From: Candidatus Woesearchaeota archaeon | GTDB taxonomy: Archaea; Nanobdellota; Nanobdellia; Woesearchaeales; UBA10216 | Assembly (NCBI GenBank): GCA_016180195.1 | Contig: JACPBS010000007.1 | Location: 9,104-73,103 of the forward strand | Length of the DNA: 64,000 nucleotides | Reading direction: 5' to 3' | Notes under the pieces: generated by a model | Databases searched by the model: none | Seen by the model: the letters and a program-made list of their open reading frames with translations, nothing else | Told to the model about the DNA's origin: nothing | Part shown: one piece after another, positions 9,477 to 18,703 of the stretch | Layout: each line of letters begins with the position of its first letter | Position numbering within the stretch: position 1 is the stretch's first letter | Position numbers and translations under genes: made by a program

Positions 9477-10173
9477 GCTGATCACCCAAAATCTCGCTAA
9501 TATGCTTCTCCGACACCTTTTCAGCCCCATCACTGACTGCCTTTTCACTTGCAGCGCTCAAGTCAGCCAGGAATTTCCTTACATTCCCCCCGGAATGCCT
9601 GAAAATCACCTTGGCCATATCATCAGAAATGATATCGGTGTTCGGCACCCTTTCCCTGACAAGGCCTATAGCCTGGTCCTCGGAAAGCCCCTTGAGCCTG
9701 ATCACCCTTCCTCCTATCCTGTCCCGGACACTTTTTGAGAAATGCGCCCTGGAATAAGAGATTCCTGTGAAAACAACGGACTTGATGAAATTGTTGTCAA
9801 AATAATACTTTATGCGCTCGCAATTCTTCTTGCTCAGGAAATTCGCATTATCAAGGAAAAGCATCATGTTTTTCGGCTTAACACCAAACATCCTGCCAAA
9901 AAAACCATACCTGCCTTTCATCAGGTCTTCAATATTAACCTTTTTTTCAATCCGGCCGCAGTCAAAATATATGATCTTGCCCTTCCCTCCGAAAACATCT
10001 ATCAGGCATTTCAAGACAGCCGTCTTTCCAAAACCTTCCTTTCCCTCGAGGAAAACCATGCTCCCTGACTCAACCCTGTACTTCATCTCGTCAAGAACAT
10101 CATTGGCTGCAAACAATTTACCTTCAGACAAAAACGGGTCTTCATCAAAATCAAAATTATTATACCATGCCAT
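9463..10173 (-). CDS. ExeA/GspA-like AAA+ ATPase (paralog 1, degenerate Walker B)
   Basis: FDFDEDPF, GKEGFGKT, LFLDNAN, SGGNVR. Confidence 0.78.
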   Translation of the reverse strand: MAWYNNFDFDEDPFLSEGKLFAANDVLDEMKYRVESGSMVFLEGKEGFGKTAVLKCLIDVFGGKGKIIYFDCGRIEKKVNIEDLMKGRYGFFGRMFGVKPKNMMLFLDNANFLSKKNCERIKYYFDNNFIKSVVFTGISYSRAHFSKSVRDRIGGRVIRLKGLSEDQAIGLVRERVPNTDIISDDMAKVIFRHSGGNVRKFLADLSAASEKAVSDGAEKVSEKHISEILGDQHVAN

Positions 10174-10185
10174 TTAAAAACACCC

Positions 10186-10938
10186 CTATGAGCCCCTTGA
10201 CTTAATCCTGTAATCCTCAGCAAGCCTGTAATACTTATGAGCCTCCTCTTCATTCCCTGCATCATGAAGTTCCTCTGCCTTCCTGTGGAACCTCCTGGCC
10301 TTCTCAAGGCTGTCCTCAGCACCGCTCCTTAGAAAAACAAAAGACACCAAGCCCACAACAGCCAAGAAAAATCCTATGCCTGCCAGCATCAAAGGACTGA
10401 ATGAAAATCCTGACGAAGACCTGGCCTGCTGCGAAACTGTGGATGCGTTGCCAGGGGAATCGTTGATCTTTAACTCCGTCTTTTTCAGCTGACGAGCCGA
10501 CAACAAGGCTGACTTGTTAACAAAGCTCCTTTCCCCGTCACATTGCTCCAGATCACCTACAAAACACTTGCACTGCCCGTCAAAATAGCACCCAAACTGA
10601 TACAGCCCATCACCAGCGCCAACACATTCATACTGCAAAGCGCACCAGTAATCCATAGTTATTGAACTTGCATCCACATTACAATCCGAAAAATCGCCCT
10701 TATAACACCTGCACGTTCCATTATCAGAATAGCAGCCGAACCAAAAAGACCTTTCCGAATAGTCCGCAACCCTGCATTCAAACTCCTTTGCGCAGTCTGC
10801 GGTTTTCCTGCTAAGATCCGCCAGCTTTTTTTCGACATTCGAAGAAAGATCTGCCTTGACGAGGTCTGAAGTTGAATTTTCAGCATAGGCAAACTGCACC
10901 ACTAACAACGACAATGCAAGAATAATTGCTAACCTCAA
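10186..10938 (-). CDS. Secreted Cys-rich type I membrane protein
   Basis: Signal peptide; two Cys-rich repeats (FGCYSDNGTCRCY / FGCYFDGQCKCF); C-terminal TM helix and helical tail. Confidence 0.75.
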   Translation of the reverse strand: MRLAIILALSLLVVQFAYAENSTSDLVKADLSSNVEKKLADLSRKTADCAKEFECRVADYSERSFWFGCYSDNGTCRCYKGDFSDCNVDASSITMDYWCALQYECVGAGDGLYQFGCYFDGQCKCFVGDLEQCDGERSFVNKSALLSARQLKKTELKINDSPGNASTVSQQARSSSGFSFSPLMLAGIGFFLAVVGLVSFVFLRSGAEDSLEKARRFHRKAEELHDAGNEEEAHKYYRLAEDYRIKSRGS

Positions 10939-11050
10939 ATCGCTTCCCCTCCAAATCGCTGGACAGAAGCTTGGCCCTTTCTTTTATAAATTTTTTGCAA
11001 AAAACAAAGAAAAAAACAGGAAAAATTTACTACAAAAAAAGACGATTTTT

Positions 11051-11923
11051 TCACAGGCTATCAACGTACATTTTCTTGCTCCTGAACCCCCTTTTCCTCG
11101 ATAATTTTTCCATGGCAGAATCAAATGCAGACCCGTATTGGGCAGCAATCTTCCTCCTTAATGAAATGACCTCTGGCAAACCCAATTCGATTGCAGCCTC
11201 CCTAAGAACTGCTTTATTCCCGAGATCGGAGATTTTCCAGCACCCAGGAACCCTCATGGACGAAACCAAAAGGGCATCATCAAGAAAAGGGGTCAAGAAA
11301 GTCATGCCGAAAAAACGGGCAATCGAAAAATCCCTCAACAAATCCCTGACCATCAATTGCTCCAGGCCACGCCAGCACTCCTGATTTATATCCGGCGCAT
11401 TCGAGTGCCTTTGGTAGCCTGCGAATATCTCCTCACTCCCCAACCCCGAAAACACGCATTTCACGCCCTCCTCCTGGGCTGCCAGCGATGCCGCATAAAC
11501 AACTGCCCCGACACCCACATTCACCACATCGCACTCAGGGATTATTTCCTTAACTGCCATGAATATTTCCTCAGCCTCGACAAGCGAGCATACCGCTTCC
11601 CTCAAATCAAGCCCCATCAACCTCGCCGCATCCCTGGAAGCCACAAGATCCTTTGAACAGCCAACAGATGCAGTAAAGCATGAGAAATCCCGGCCAAGAC
11701 CCCTGCATAAAAAAGAGATAAAAGAGCTATCAATCCCTCCTGAAAAAAAGACCCCAAACCTTTCACCAGGAATCCTTTTCTGAACAGAGCACAACAGGTC
11801 TTTTTTAAGCTCGCGAAGGGCTTCTTTCTTGTCTGAAAAAGAGCCCATAAGGCCCACTTGTTCTCTAAACGAGACTATCCTTCGCTTCCACTCCTGAGAA
11901 TCCAGGAGGCTTCCCCGAAACAT
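11051..11923 (-). CDS. Asparagine synthetase C-terminal (PP-loop) domain protein
   Basis: FSGGIDSS, SGLGSEEIFAGY, TPFLD, KIAAQYGS; no N-terminal glutaminase domain. Confidence 0.85.
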   Translation of the reverse strand: MFRGSLLDSQEWKRRIVSFREQVGLMGSFSDKKEALRELKKDLLCSVQKRIPGERFGVFFSGGIDSSFISFLCRGLGRDFSCFTASVGCSKDLVASRDAARLMGLDLREAVCSLVEAEEIFMAVKEIIPECDVVNVGVGAVVYAASLAAQEEGVKCVFSGLGSEEIFAGYQRHSNAPDINQECWRGLEQLMVRDLLRDFSIARFFGMTFLTPFLDDALLVSSMRVPGCWKISDLGNKAVLREAAIELGLPEVISLRRKIAAQYGSAFDSAMEKLSRKRGFRSKKMYVDSL

Positions 11924-11988
11924 GTAAATTTCTTCCACAAAACAAGAAATTTGCAAATATTTAAATATTGACCGGGAAAACCCATTAT

Positions 11989-12204
11989 ATGGCAAAACAG
12001 GAAAACATGGAACAGATCGGGTTCCACAAGGGGGCATTGACAACCCTTGCAAAGGAAAGGCAGGAATTTACAAGGCTTCTAAGCGTAGTGGAACAGCTCA
12101 TGCAGATGCACATCGAGGAGCTCAAAAAACTCGGCATTGACCTTGAAAAGGAGGCAGAGAAGCAGGCACAAAAAAAGCCGATTGAAGATATGCTGAAAAA
12201 ATGA
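11989..12204 (+). CDS. Small coiled-coil conserved hypothetical protein
   Basis: EQIGFHKGALTTLAKERQE; ATGA overlap with next gene. Confidence 0.7.
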   Translation: MAKQENMEQIGFHKGALTTLAKERQEFTRLLSVVEQLMQMHIEELKKLGIDLEKEAEKQAQKKPIEDMLKK

Positions 12205-12590
12205 GATATGAGTTCTCTGCTCACGGGCACAAAAACATCAGGGCAACACACAGTACAACTCTTGAATTCACAAAGGATCCTGAACTGACTGAAAAAGGAG
12301 ACTGCATCGTGGGCGTCAGGTCCGATTTTGAGCACAATAAGCTGAAAATGTTTCTTCAATGCAAAAAGATAAGGATAATACTTGCAGCACCAGGAAAAAA
12401 AGAAGAGCTAACAGCGGTTCCAAATCCCCACTTTGACTGTGATAATGAGATTGTAATAAGGAAATCAGGCTTCATAAGCAAAAGGACGTTTGCAACATCG
12501 GCAAACATTGCTGCATCAGACATTGACAGGGAATTGATTTCTTGCCTAAAAAATAACACCTGCTTAAAAATAACGGTTGAATGCATATAG
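12201..12590 (+). CDS. DUF371 family protein
   Basis: GHKNIRATHSTTLEFTKD, GDCIVGV, VIRKS. Confidence 0.9.
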   Translation: MRYEFSAHGHKNIRATHSTTLEFTKDPELTEKGDCIVGVRSDFEHNKLKMFLQCKKIRIILAAPGKKEELTAVPNPHFDCDNEIVIRKSGFISKRTFATSANIAASDIDRELISCLKNNTCLKITVECI

Positions 12591-12657
12591 GCCATATGCC
12601 TACATATATCTAAATTTAAAAACACATATTAAAAAACCACCACTAATCCGTGAAAAA

Positions 12658-13929
12658 ATGACAACCACGAACCTCTTGGAAATCCCTGCAACGAGCCAGG
12701 AATACTACATGGGCATGCAGAATTTAAGAGATGCAATAATAAGTGCATCAAGTGCATCACCTTCACTTGGAATGCTAGCTTATCAAATCCAAAATGCGAG
12801 CTCAAAAAGAGCCAAAAGACAAAAATTGCATTCACTGGAATCTGCAATAGACAAGTTAGCATCCCAGAATGTTGTCAAAACCCTCGCTGAGCTGCAAGCA
12901 AGACAAGCGCCGGAACTTGAAGAACTGCTAATAAGAAACAGCATATTCCGGGGTATTCCGCTCTGGATGGATGGAAGTAACGACCCTCTCCTTCAGTACA
13001 GCATAATAACCGAGGGAAGGTGCCTACCCTGCTACAATAGCAATTTTGAGCTAAAAGGGCTCAAAAGGCAGACGCAACAAATAGGCCAACCATTAAGGCT
13101 TTCTGAGATCCAAAAAAAGTGGAATGAAATAATGCTCCTAGACAAGTTTTTTGATGATCCAGAAAACAGGCATAAATACACCCCAAGATGCAAGGACCAT
13201 TGGGAACCAACGCTGCTCACATCCACAGTGCATAGATTCTCAGCAGTAAATCCGCGCGGAGAACTTCAACTACCCTACCTAAGGTTTGACTTCAGGGTAA
13301 AGGGAAGCGGAGAGGCTGCATTCAAGCACACGCAATGGCTAGTCGGCGAACTAAAAAGCGACGGGACCCCGAAAAGGGTTGAAGACTACCTTGCAAGCAG
13401 AAGCATAGCCAGTGAAAAGGAATTCCCGGAAAAATTTGTAGAATTCCTAAGCAGCTATTCAAATGGAACAATGATTGACTGGAACGGGCTCATTTACGCC
13501 CAGTGCTGCGGAGAAATGATAGACCGAATAGGGGCAGCTTTGAGCAGCAAAAAACTCAGAGGGGTCTACAAATCAAGGATAAAGGATAATGTCCTAAGAG
13601 AAAGGGAAGCCGGAAACGGCCCTGCAGCAAAGTTCATAGAAGGAATGCTGCCTGTCCTGGAATGCACAGACAACGGGCTTGAAAACCTTTGCCAGATAGA
13701 TCATCATTTTGTGACAGAACAATGGCATACAAGCACTGAAGGGACAATGAGCACCAATCACCTAAGCTATGCTGCAATGAGGCTGACGCGAAAACTTGAA
13801 GAATGGTCCCCCTTACACTGGATTGTTTTTAGAGACATTGCCCTTCCAATATTCTCACAGGACTACCTGTACCCTTTTTACAGGGAAGTTGCAGAACGCG
13901 CCCTTAACGGAAAGACTAGCCTGTCCTGA
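12658..13929 (+). CDS. Hypothetical soluble protein (about 423 aa)
   Basis: Long ORF; start re-called to MTTTNLL after an AT-rich leader; no recognisable motif. Confidence 0.7.
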   Translation: MTTTNLLEIPATSQEYYMGMQNLRDAIISASSASPSLGMLAYQIQNASSKRAKRQKLHSLESAIDKLASQNVVKTLAELQARQAPELEELLIRNSIFRGIPLWMDGSNDPLLQYSIITEGRCLPCYNSNFELKGLKRQTQQIGQPLRLSEIQKKWNEIMLLDKFFDDPENRHKYTPRCKDHWEPTLLTSTVHRFSAVNPRGELQLPYLRFDFRVKGSGEAAFKHTQWLVGELKSDGTPKRVEDYLASRSIASEKEFPEKFVEFLSSYSNGTMIDWNGLIYAQCCGEMIDRIGAALSSKKLRGVYKSRIKDNVLREREAGNGPAAKFIEGMLPVLECTDNGLENLCQIDHHFVTEQWHTSTEGTMSTNHLSYAAMRLTRKLEEWSPLHWIVFRDIALPIFSQDYLYPFYREVAERALNGKTSLS

Positions 13930-14368
13930 CCCTCCTGGTCTTAGGAACGAAATTCTTAATGACCCCGTTACTGTACCTGCCACACCCCACAAAATCAGAT
14001 CCTGACCTGATTATCACGAACCCTGAACTATCGCACTCCCTTAACAGGTCCTCACCCCTCAACCAGGCAAACAATTCTTTCCTGCTGATTTCAACAACAT
14101 TCATTGATGCACCAGGCCCTATGATCTGCGACCCCTCGATCGTAAGCCTAAGATTTTCATCCTTGAACTCCCCAAAATAAAGCCCCATGGAATTAACCCT
14201 TAACTTGGAAAAATCAAGCCTTCCAACATCCCTTGAAACCAGGAAAATCCTATCCTTGTTGTTGATTAAAAAAGCATAATCCAGCCTGCCTTCAAAACCC
14301 CACCGGTCATGCAAAATGCGCATAATATCCTTTACCTGCTTTGAATTGAGGATTTTCAGGCTTAACAT
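13916..14368 (-). CDS. NIP7/RsmF-C-like pre-PUA/PUA RNA-binding protein
   Basis: NSMGLYFG, RLTIEGSQIIG, WLRGEDL, GCG...NFVPKTRR. Confidence 0.75.
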   Translation of the reverse strand: MLSLKILNSKQVKDIMRILHDRWGFEGRLDYAFLINNKDRIFLVSRDVGRLDFSKLRVNSMGLYFGEFKDENLRLTIEGSQIIGPGASMNVVEISRKELFAWLRGEDLLRECDSSGFVIIRSGSDFVGCGRYSNGVIKNFVPKTRRVRTG

Positions 14369-14463
14369 GAAACTTGTTATTTAAGAAAGGTTTAAATATT
14401 TACGCAAAAAAAGAGATTCCAATCATAAAAAACACATATTTTGCTTAAATAAAACCGTAAACG

Positions 14464-14729
14464 ATGAAAAAAGACACAAATAAATCAATTTTTTTAGGCC
14501 AAGCCTGAAAGTTCTCTTCCTGATCATTGCATTTGCTGAACTGGGAGGAATTTCAGCCATGCTCCTATATTCAAAAACTGTTGGAAATCCTCTTGATGTA
14601 TTGTATATTTGGCTTGCATGGTTTATCTTATTTCCATTAGCTATCCTTATAAGATATTTTCATGCAAGCATCACAACCTGGTTCGTGTTCGACAAGTTAA
14701 TTCCTTCCCTGAGAAAAAGGAATAAGTGA
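14464..14729 (+). CDS. Small membrane protein: either a 56-aa ORF from ATG 14559 or a longer frameshifted gene from ATG 14464
   Basis: Frame 14496-14729 reads RPSLKVLFLIIAFAELGGISAMLLY...WLAWFILFPLAILIRY...KRNK*. Confidence 0.5.
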
Positions 14730-16487
14730 TCAAATCCCCCATAACGGGTTATCCTTCCTCATGAATTCAGCGATCTCCTTGACAACAGCGATCTCCTCCT
14801 TGCTCAGGTATTTCGCCAGTGCCTTAATTTTCCTGAAATCATCCTCAGGAATAAAGCTATGAATGATGTCACCCTCATTAACCTGTCTCCCAACGGTAAC
14901 TTGGTCAACCGAAACAGCAACCCTCTTCCCGACTTCAGCTGTCGAGATGCTCTCCTGCTCCAACTGCAACGACTTGATGTTGCCAATCAGCCTACCTTCC
15001 TTCATTATGGGCATGCCTGCCTTCATTACACCCACGATTATCTCAACACCGAAAACCGCAGGGTTGCTCTGCCTGAAAACATATCCTGGAAGTATCCGGA
15101 ACTTGCATGGCCTGACCAGAGAATCAAGATCCCGGGACTCCATTTTCCTCCTTACCTCTTCCTTCCAAGCCTCAAACTCATCAATCAGCCTGTAGATCAC
15201 ATTATTGGAGATCAGCTTTACATTTGCAGAAGAGAAGGAAGAAGAAACATTGAAGCCCAAAACACAGGCATACAAGGGAAACCTTTCACGATTGGCCTCT
15301 GCGTCCATAAAATCCTTCCTCGTAATCTCCCCTATCGAAGCCCTTTTCACAAGGATTCCCCGGTCACGGAGGAGCCTGATCAATGCCTCAAGGCTTCCAA
15401 GCGTATCAGCCTTCACAACAATACCCTCCTTATCGGTGTCAACAAGCACTTCGCTTACCTCAGACTGAACCTCGGCTTCAACCACCCTGATTGATTCCTC
15501 ACTGCAACTTCTCAGCGGAGCACCCGCAATAACATCATCAACATCCAGGGCAGAAACCTTGACTCCTGAAGCTGCAGTCACCATGTCCACAGCCTGGAAT
15601 CTCGCTTTATCCCTCATTTCAGCCAACGGAGCAGGCTCAAACAATGCCTTCACCCTGCTCACAACTGCCTTGTTAACTCCTCCAAGAACTATGCAATCCC
15701 CTTTCCTCAATATGCCATCATATATTATTACATCCAATGTCGTGCCCAACCCCTTCTCTTTCTTGACCTCAAGCACCGTTCCCTTCGCATTTCCAGACAC
15801 ATTCATCTTCAAGGAGGACTCAAGATATCTCTGGGCGAGCCCAGAAATCACCATCAAAAGCTCAGCCACGCCTTCGCCGCTTTTAGCAGAGCAGGGAATA
15901 ACCGCAACTTGTTGCGTAAAATCATCAACCCTGTCAAAACGCTCGGAGGAAAAACCGAGCTCAGAAAGCCTGCCAACAAGCTTGTAAAGCCTGGTTTCAA
16001 ATTCACCCTTTACACCATCAGACTGGCCATCGATGGATTGGAGAAGGAATCCAGTTCCAGGCCTCCATCCAGGTATAAGGTCTATCTTGGTGGCAGCAAC
16101 AATAAACGGGGTCTTAAAGCTCTTAAGGATGTCAATAGCCTCCAATGTCTGCTCCTTGACCCCTTCATTAAGGTCGATCACAACAATCGCAATGTCAGCG
16201 ATATTACCGCCCCTTTTCCTAAGATTGGTAAACGCAGCATGGCCCGGGGTGTCAATGAAAAGCAAACCCGGAATAGTGAAATCAATCCTCATTGCATTAA
16301 GCAAATCGCCACAAATAGACCTGACTGTAGACAAAGGAACATGGCTGCAGCCTATACACTGAGTGATTCCCCCTGCCTCCTTAGCGCTGACAGCAGTACC
16401 CCTAATCTTGTCCAAAAGCGAGGTTTTTCCCGCATCCACATGGCCAACCGTGACAATTACAGGCTGCCTGATCATGATATTTTCCAT
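14730..16487 (-). CDS. infB: Translation initiation factor aIF5B (IF-2)
   Basis: GHVDAGKT, GGITQ, DTPGH, TKID and KADTLGSLEAL motifs. Confidence 0.97.
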   Translation of the reverse strand: MENIMIRQPVIVTVGHVDAGKTSLLDKIRGTAVSAKEAGGITQCIGCSHVPLSTVRSICGDLLNAMRIDFTIPGLLFIDTPGHAAFTNLRKRGGNIADIAIVVIDLNEGVKEQTLEAIDILKSFKTPFIVAATKIDLIPGWRPGTGFLLQSIDGQSDGVKGEFETRLYKLVGRLSELGFSSERFDRVDDFTQQVAVIPCSAKSGEGVAELLMVISGLAQRYLESSLKMNVSGNAKGTVLEVKKEKGLGTTLDVIIYDGILRKGDCIVLGGVNKAVVSRVKALFEPAPLAEMRDKARFQAVDMVTAASGVKVSALDVDDVIAGAPLRSCSEESIRVVEAEVQSEVSEVLVDTDKEGIVVKADTLGSLEALIRLLRDRGILVKRASIGEITRKDFMDAEANRERFPLYACVLGFNVSSSFSSANVKLISNNVIYRLIDEFEAWKEEVRRKMESRDLDSLVRPCKFRILPGYVFRQSNPAVFGVEIIVGVMKAGMPIMKEGRLIGNIKSLQLEQESISTAEVGKRVAVSVDQVTVGRQVNEGDIIHSFIPEDDFRKIKALAKYLSKEEIAVVKEIAEFMRKDNPLWGI

Positions 16488-16539
16488 GAAAAGAAAGGAA
16501 AAAAGCAGTGTTTTTAAGGCTTTTTAAAAAAGAAAAAAA

Positions 16540-17664
16540 TTAATTTACAGCCCTCGTTACATTAACCCTTCCCCACCCGTAAAGCGTGTCCTTGCCTGCT
16601 TTACCAAGGTCCCTTGACGAGCTGAACAAAGCCTGCTCTACCTGAGCAACGCTGAATTCAGGATGGGCTAATTTGATCAGCGCCACAGCACCACTAACCG
16701 CCGGAGTTGCCATGCTGGTACCGCTTGCAGAGGCGTAAGTGCTACCGAGCCATGTGGAATAAATCTTGACACCCGGCGCAGCCAAATCAACAGAGCTTCC
16801 CCTTCCTGAAAATCTTGCAACCTTATCCCTGCCATCAACAGCGCCCACAGTCGTGGAATAGCTTATGCAGCCAGGAATCGAAACACCTGAACTTCCACTG
16901 TTCCCCGCAGCGACAACCACAATAACACCCCTGTCCCTAGCATACCTTACCGCATTTGTAAGGTCAGGCAGGACTGAATCGCAGAACCCGGAATACGTGT
17001 AAGGCCTTGAAGTTCCAATACTTATGCTGATCGCATCAACCCCGAAATCATCGGAAGTATTTGCAACGCCATCAGGGCCGTCAACAACCCAGTAAATCGC
17101 TGCAACAAGATCGCTGAAATAACCAGCTCCTGAAGAGTCAAGAACTTTTCCAGCAATTATGCCAGTGCCCGGGGCAACACCCTTAGCCCGTGATGAGTAA
17201 CCATCAGCAGTTATTATACCTGCAACGTGCGTGCCATGACCATTGTCATCGTAAGGATCCTGATCGTCGTTAACAAAATCAACACCGCCAAGATAGCTCG
17301 AAACCAACTCGGGATGATTGTAATTATACCCGGTATCCAAAACAGCAACCCTCCTTCCAGAGCCATTATTGCCTGATACGTGCACAATATCCGCTCCAAT
17401 CTGCCTGTTAACACCAATGTCAACTGCAAATATCCTTACATCGTCCTGAAGCCCCAAAGAAGCTGCACCTTGTGCAGTGCATTCCAAAGCTTTAAGCCCC
17501 CTTGCCTCTCTTATCTTTTTGCAACCTTTTTCAAAAGCATCAGACAGCTCCTTGTCTGTATGGGCTATGACTCTAACCTTGTCGTTCTGCGCAAAACCAA
17601 AAACTGCAAACAATAATACCAGAAAAAGAGAAATCATCACCAAAATATTTCTTTTCAAGCACAA
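16540..17664 (-). CDS. Secreted S8 subtilisin-like protease
   Basis: Signal peptide; VLDTG, HGTHVAG and GTSMATP triad motifs; GGAGGTGA SD (start may be TTG 17658). Confidence 0.95.
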   Translation of the reverse strand: MCLKRNILVMISLFLVLLFAVFGFAQNDKVRVIAHTDKELSDAFEKGCKKIREARGLKALECTAQGAASLGLQDDVRIFAVDIGVNRQIGADIVHVSGNNGSGRRVAVLDTGYNYNHPELVSSYLGGVDFVNDDQDPYDDNGHGTHVAGIITADGYSSRAKGVAPGTGIIAGKVLDSSGAGYFSDLVAAIYWVVDGPDGVANTSDDFGVDAISISIGTSRPYTYSGFCDSVLPDLTNAVRYARDRGVIVVVAAGNSGSSGVSIPGCISYSTTVGAVDGRDKVARFSGRGSSVDLAAPGVKIYSTWLGSTYASASGTSMATPAVSGAVALIKLAHPEFSVAQVEQALFSSSRDLGKAGKDTLYGWGRVNVTRAVN

Positions 17665-17695
17665 TCACCTCCTTTTTGAATATGCTAAATAAGCA

Positions 17696-18478
17696 TTATT
17701 TATCAAATATTCCATCATCAAAGGAACAAGCATACAGTGCTTTTACCGAATTCCTATCATAAGCATTATATCGGTCAAACAATACCCCCTTAAACCCGAA
17801 ATCCATTGCGCTCTTCACCACATTCATGGAATCATCAACAACAAATGAATGCTCAGGACTACAGCCCGAGACATCGACACATTTCTCCCAGAATTGCACA
17901 CTCGGCTTTCCAAAAGGGTCCCCTATAATAACCTGATCCTTATTGAAAAACCGCGAGAAAACAGCCATTGTCCTCTCAAACCGCTTTTTCCACGAATATT
18001 CAGGATCATAAACCATCCTGTCCCCCTCAAACCTCAGCCTGTTGTCGCTACCCGCGATAATGAACTTTTTCTTGAAACGGCTCATGAACCTGACAGAATC
18101 AGGATAGATGAATGTTGACCTGACAATTGCATCATTGTAGAGGTCGACAATGCGCATTATCTCCTTTCCCGAAATGCCCAAACCGAACTTATCAGAGATA
18201 AACTTAAGGTAAATCTCCCTGCTGAACTTCAAGTCAGGCTTGGGGATATTTTCAGGTATGGAAACCCTGAAAGAATTGATCTTATCCGCAAAAAATGAAT
18301 CCATGCTCCTGCTGCAATGATAAGAATAAACGCTTTCGAATATTTCACCAAAAAGGACTGCTGCCTCCTCCTTCTCCGGGAAAAGCCTAAGAAGCTCTGC
18401 CCTGACTGCATCGTCACCCGCCCTTGAATCAAAATTAGACAAGGTATGGTCAATATCAAGGAAAAAAACCCGTTCCAT
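17696..18478 (-). CDS. HAD-superfamily hydrolase
   Basis: FFLDIDHTL, GKP and VVDDS motifs. Confidence 0.85.
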   Translation of the reverse strand: MERVFFLDIDHTLSNFDSRAGDDAVRAELLRLFPEKEEAAVLFGEIFESVYSYHCSRSMDSFFADKINSFRVSIPENIPKPDLKFSREIYLKFISDKFGLGISGKEIMRIVDLYNDAIVRSTFIYPDSVRFMSRFKKKFIIAGSDNRLRFEGDRMVYDPEYSWKKRFERTMAVFSRFFNKDQVIIGDPFGKPSVQFWEKCVDVSGCSPEHSFVVDDSMNVVKSAMDFGFKGVLFDRYNAYDRNSVKALYACSFDDGIFDK

Positions 18479-18703
18479 GAAAAACATAATAAATGAAGGG
18501 TTTAAATCATTTTTGAAAAACTTTAAATGCTTTTATCATTCAAGAATGCAAAAAGGAACAAGAGGAGTGAGCCTTTTATTAGCCTTCCTCACATTAGCAG
18601 CAGGGAAAGGAAAGTCCACCAATGCATGCCTACATTTGCGATGCACTCCAAATTTAAACACAACGAATGATTTATATTTGCCCTGATTCTTTTTTAAGGA
18701 AAA

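Noticed and set aside
18540-18690. GGAAAGTCC resembling RNase P RNA conserved region I
   Set aside because: No complementary P4 strand (GGTGGCTT-like) or CR-V motif nearby, and the region is short and AT-rich. A 46-aa ORF (18546-18686) here is also unsupported.
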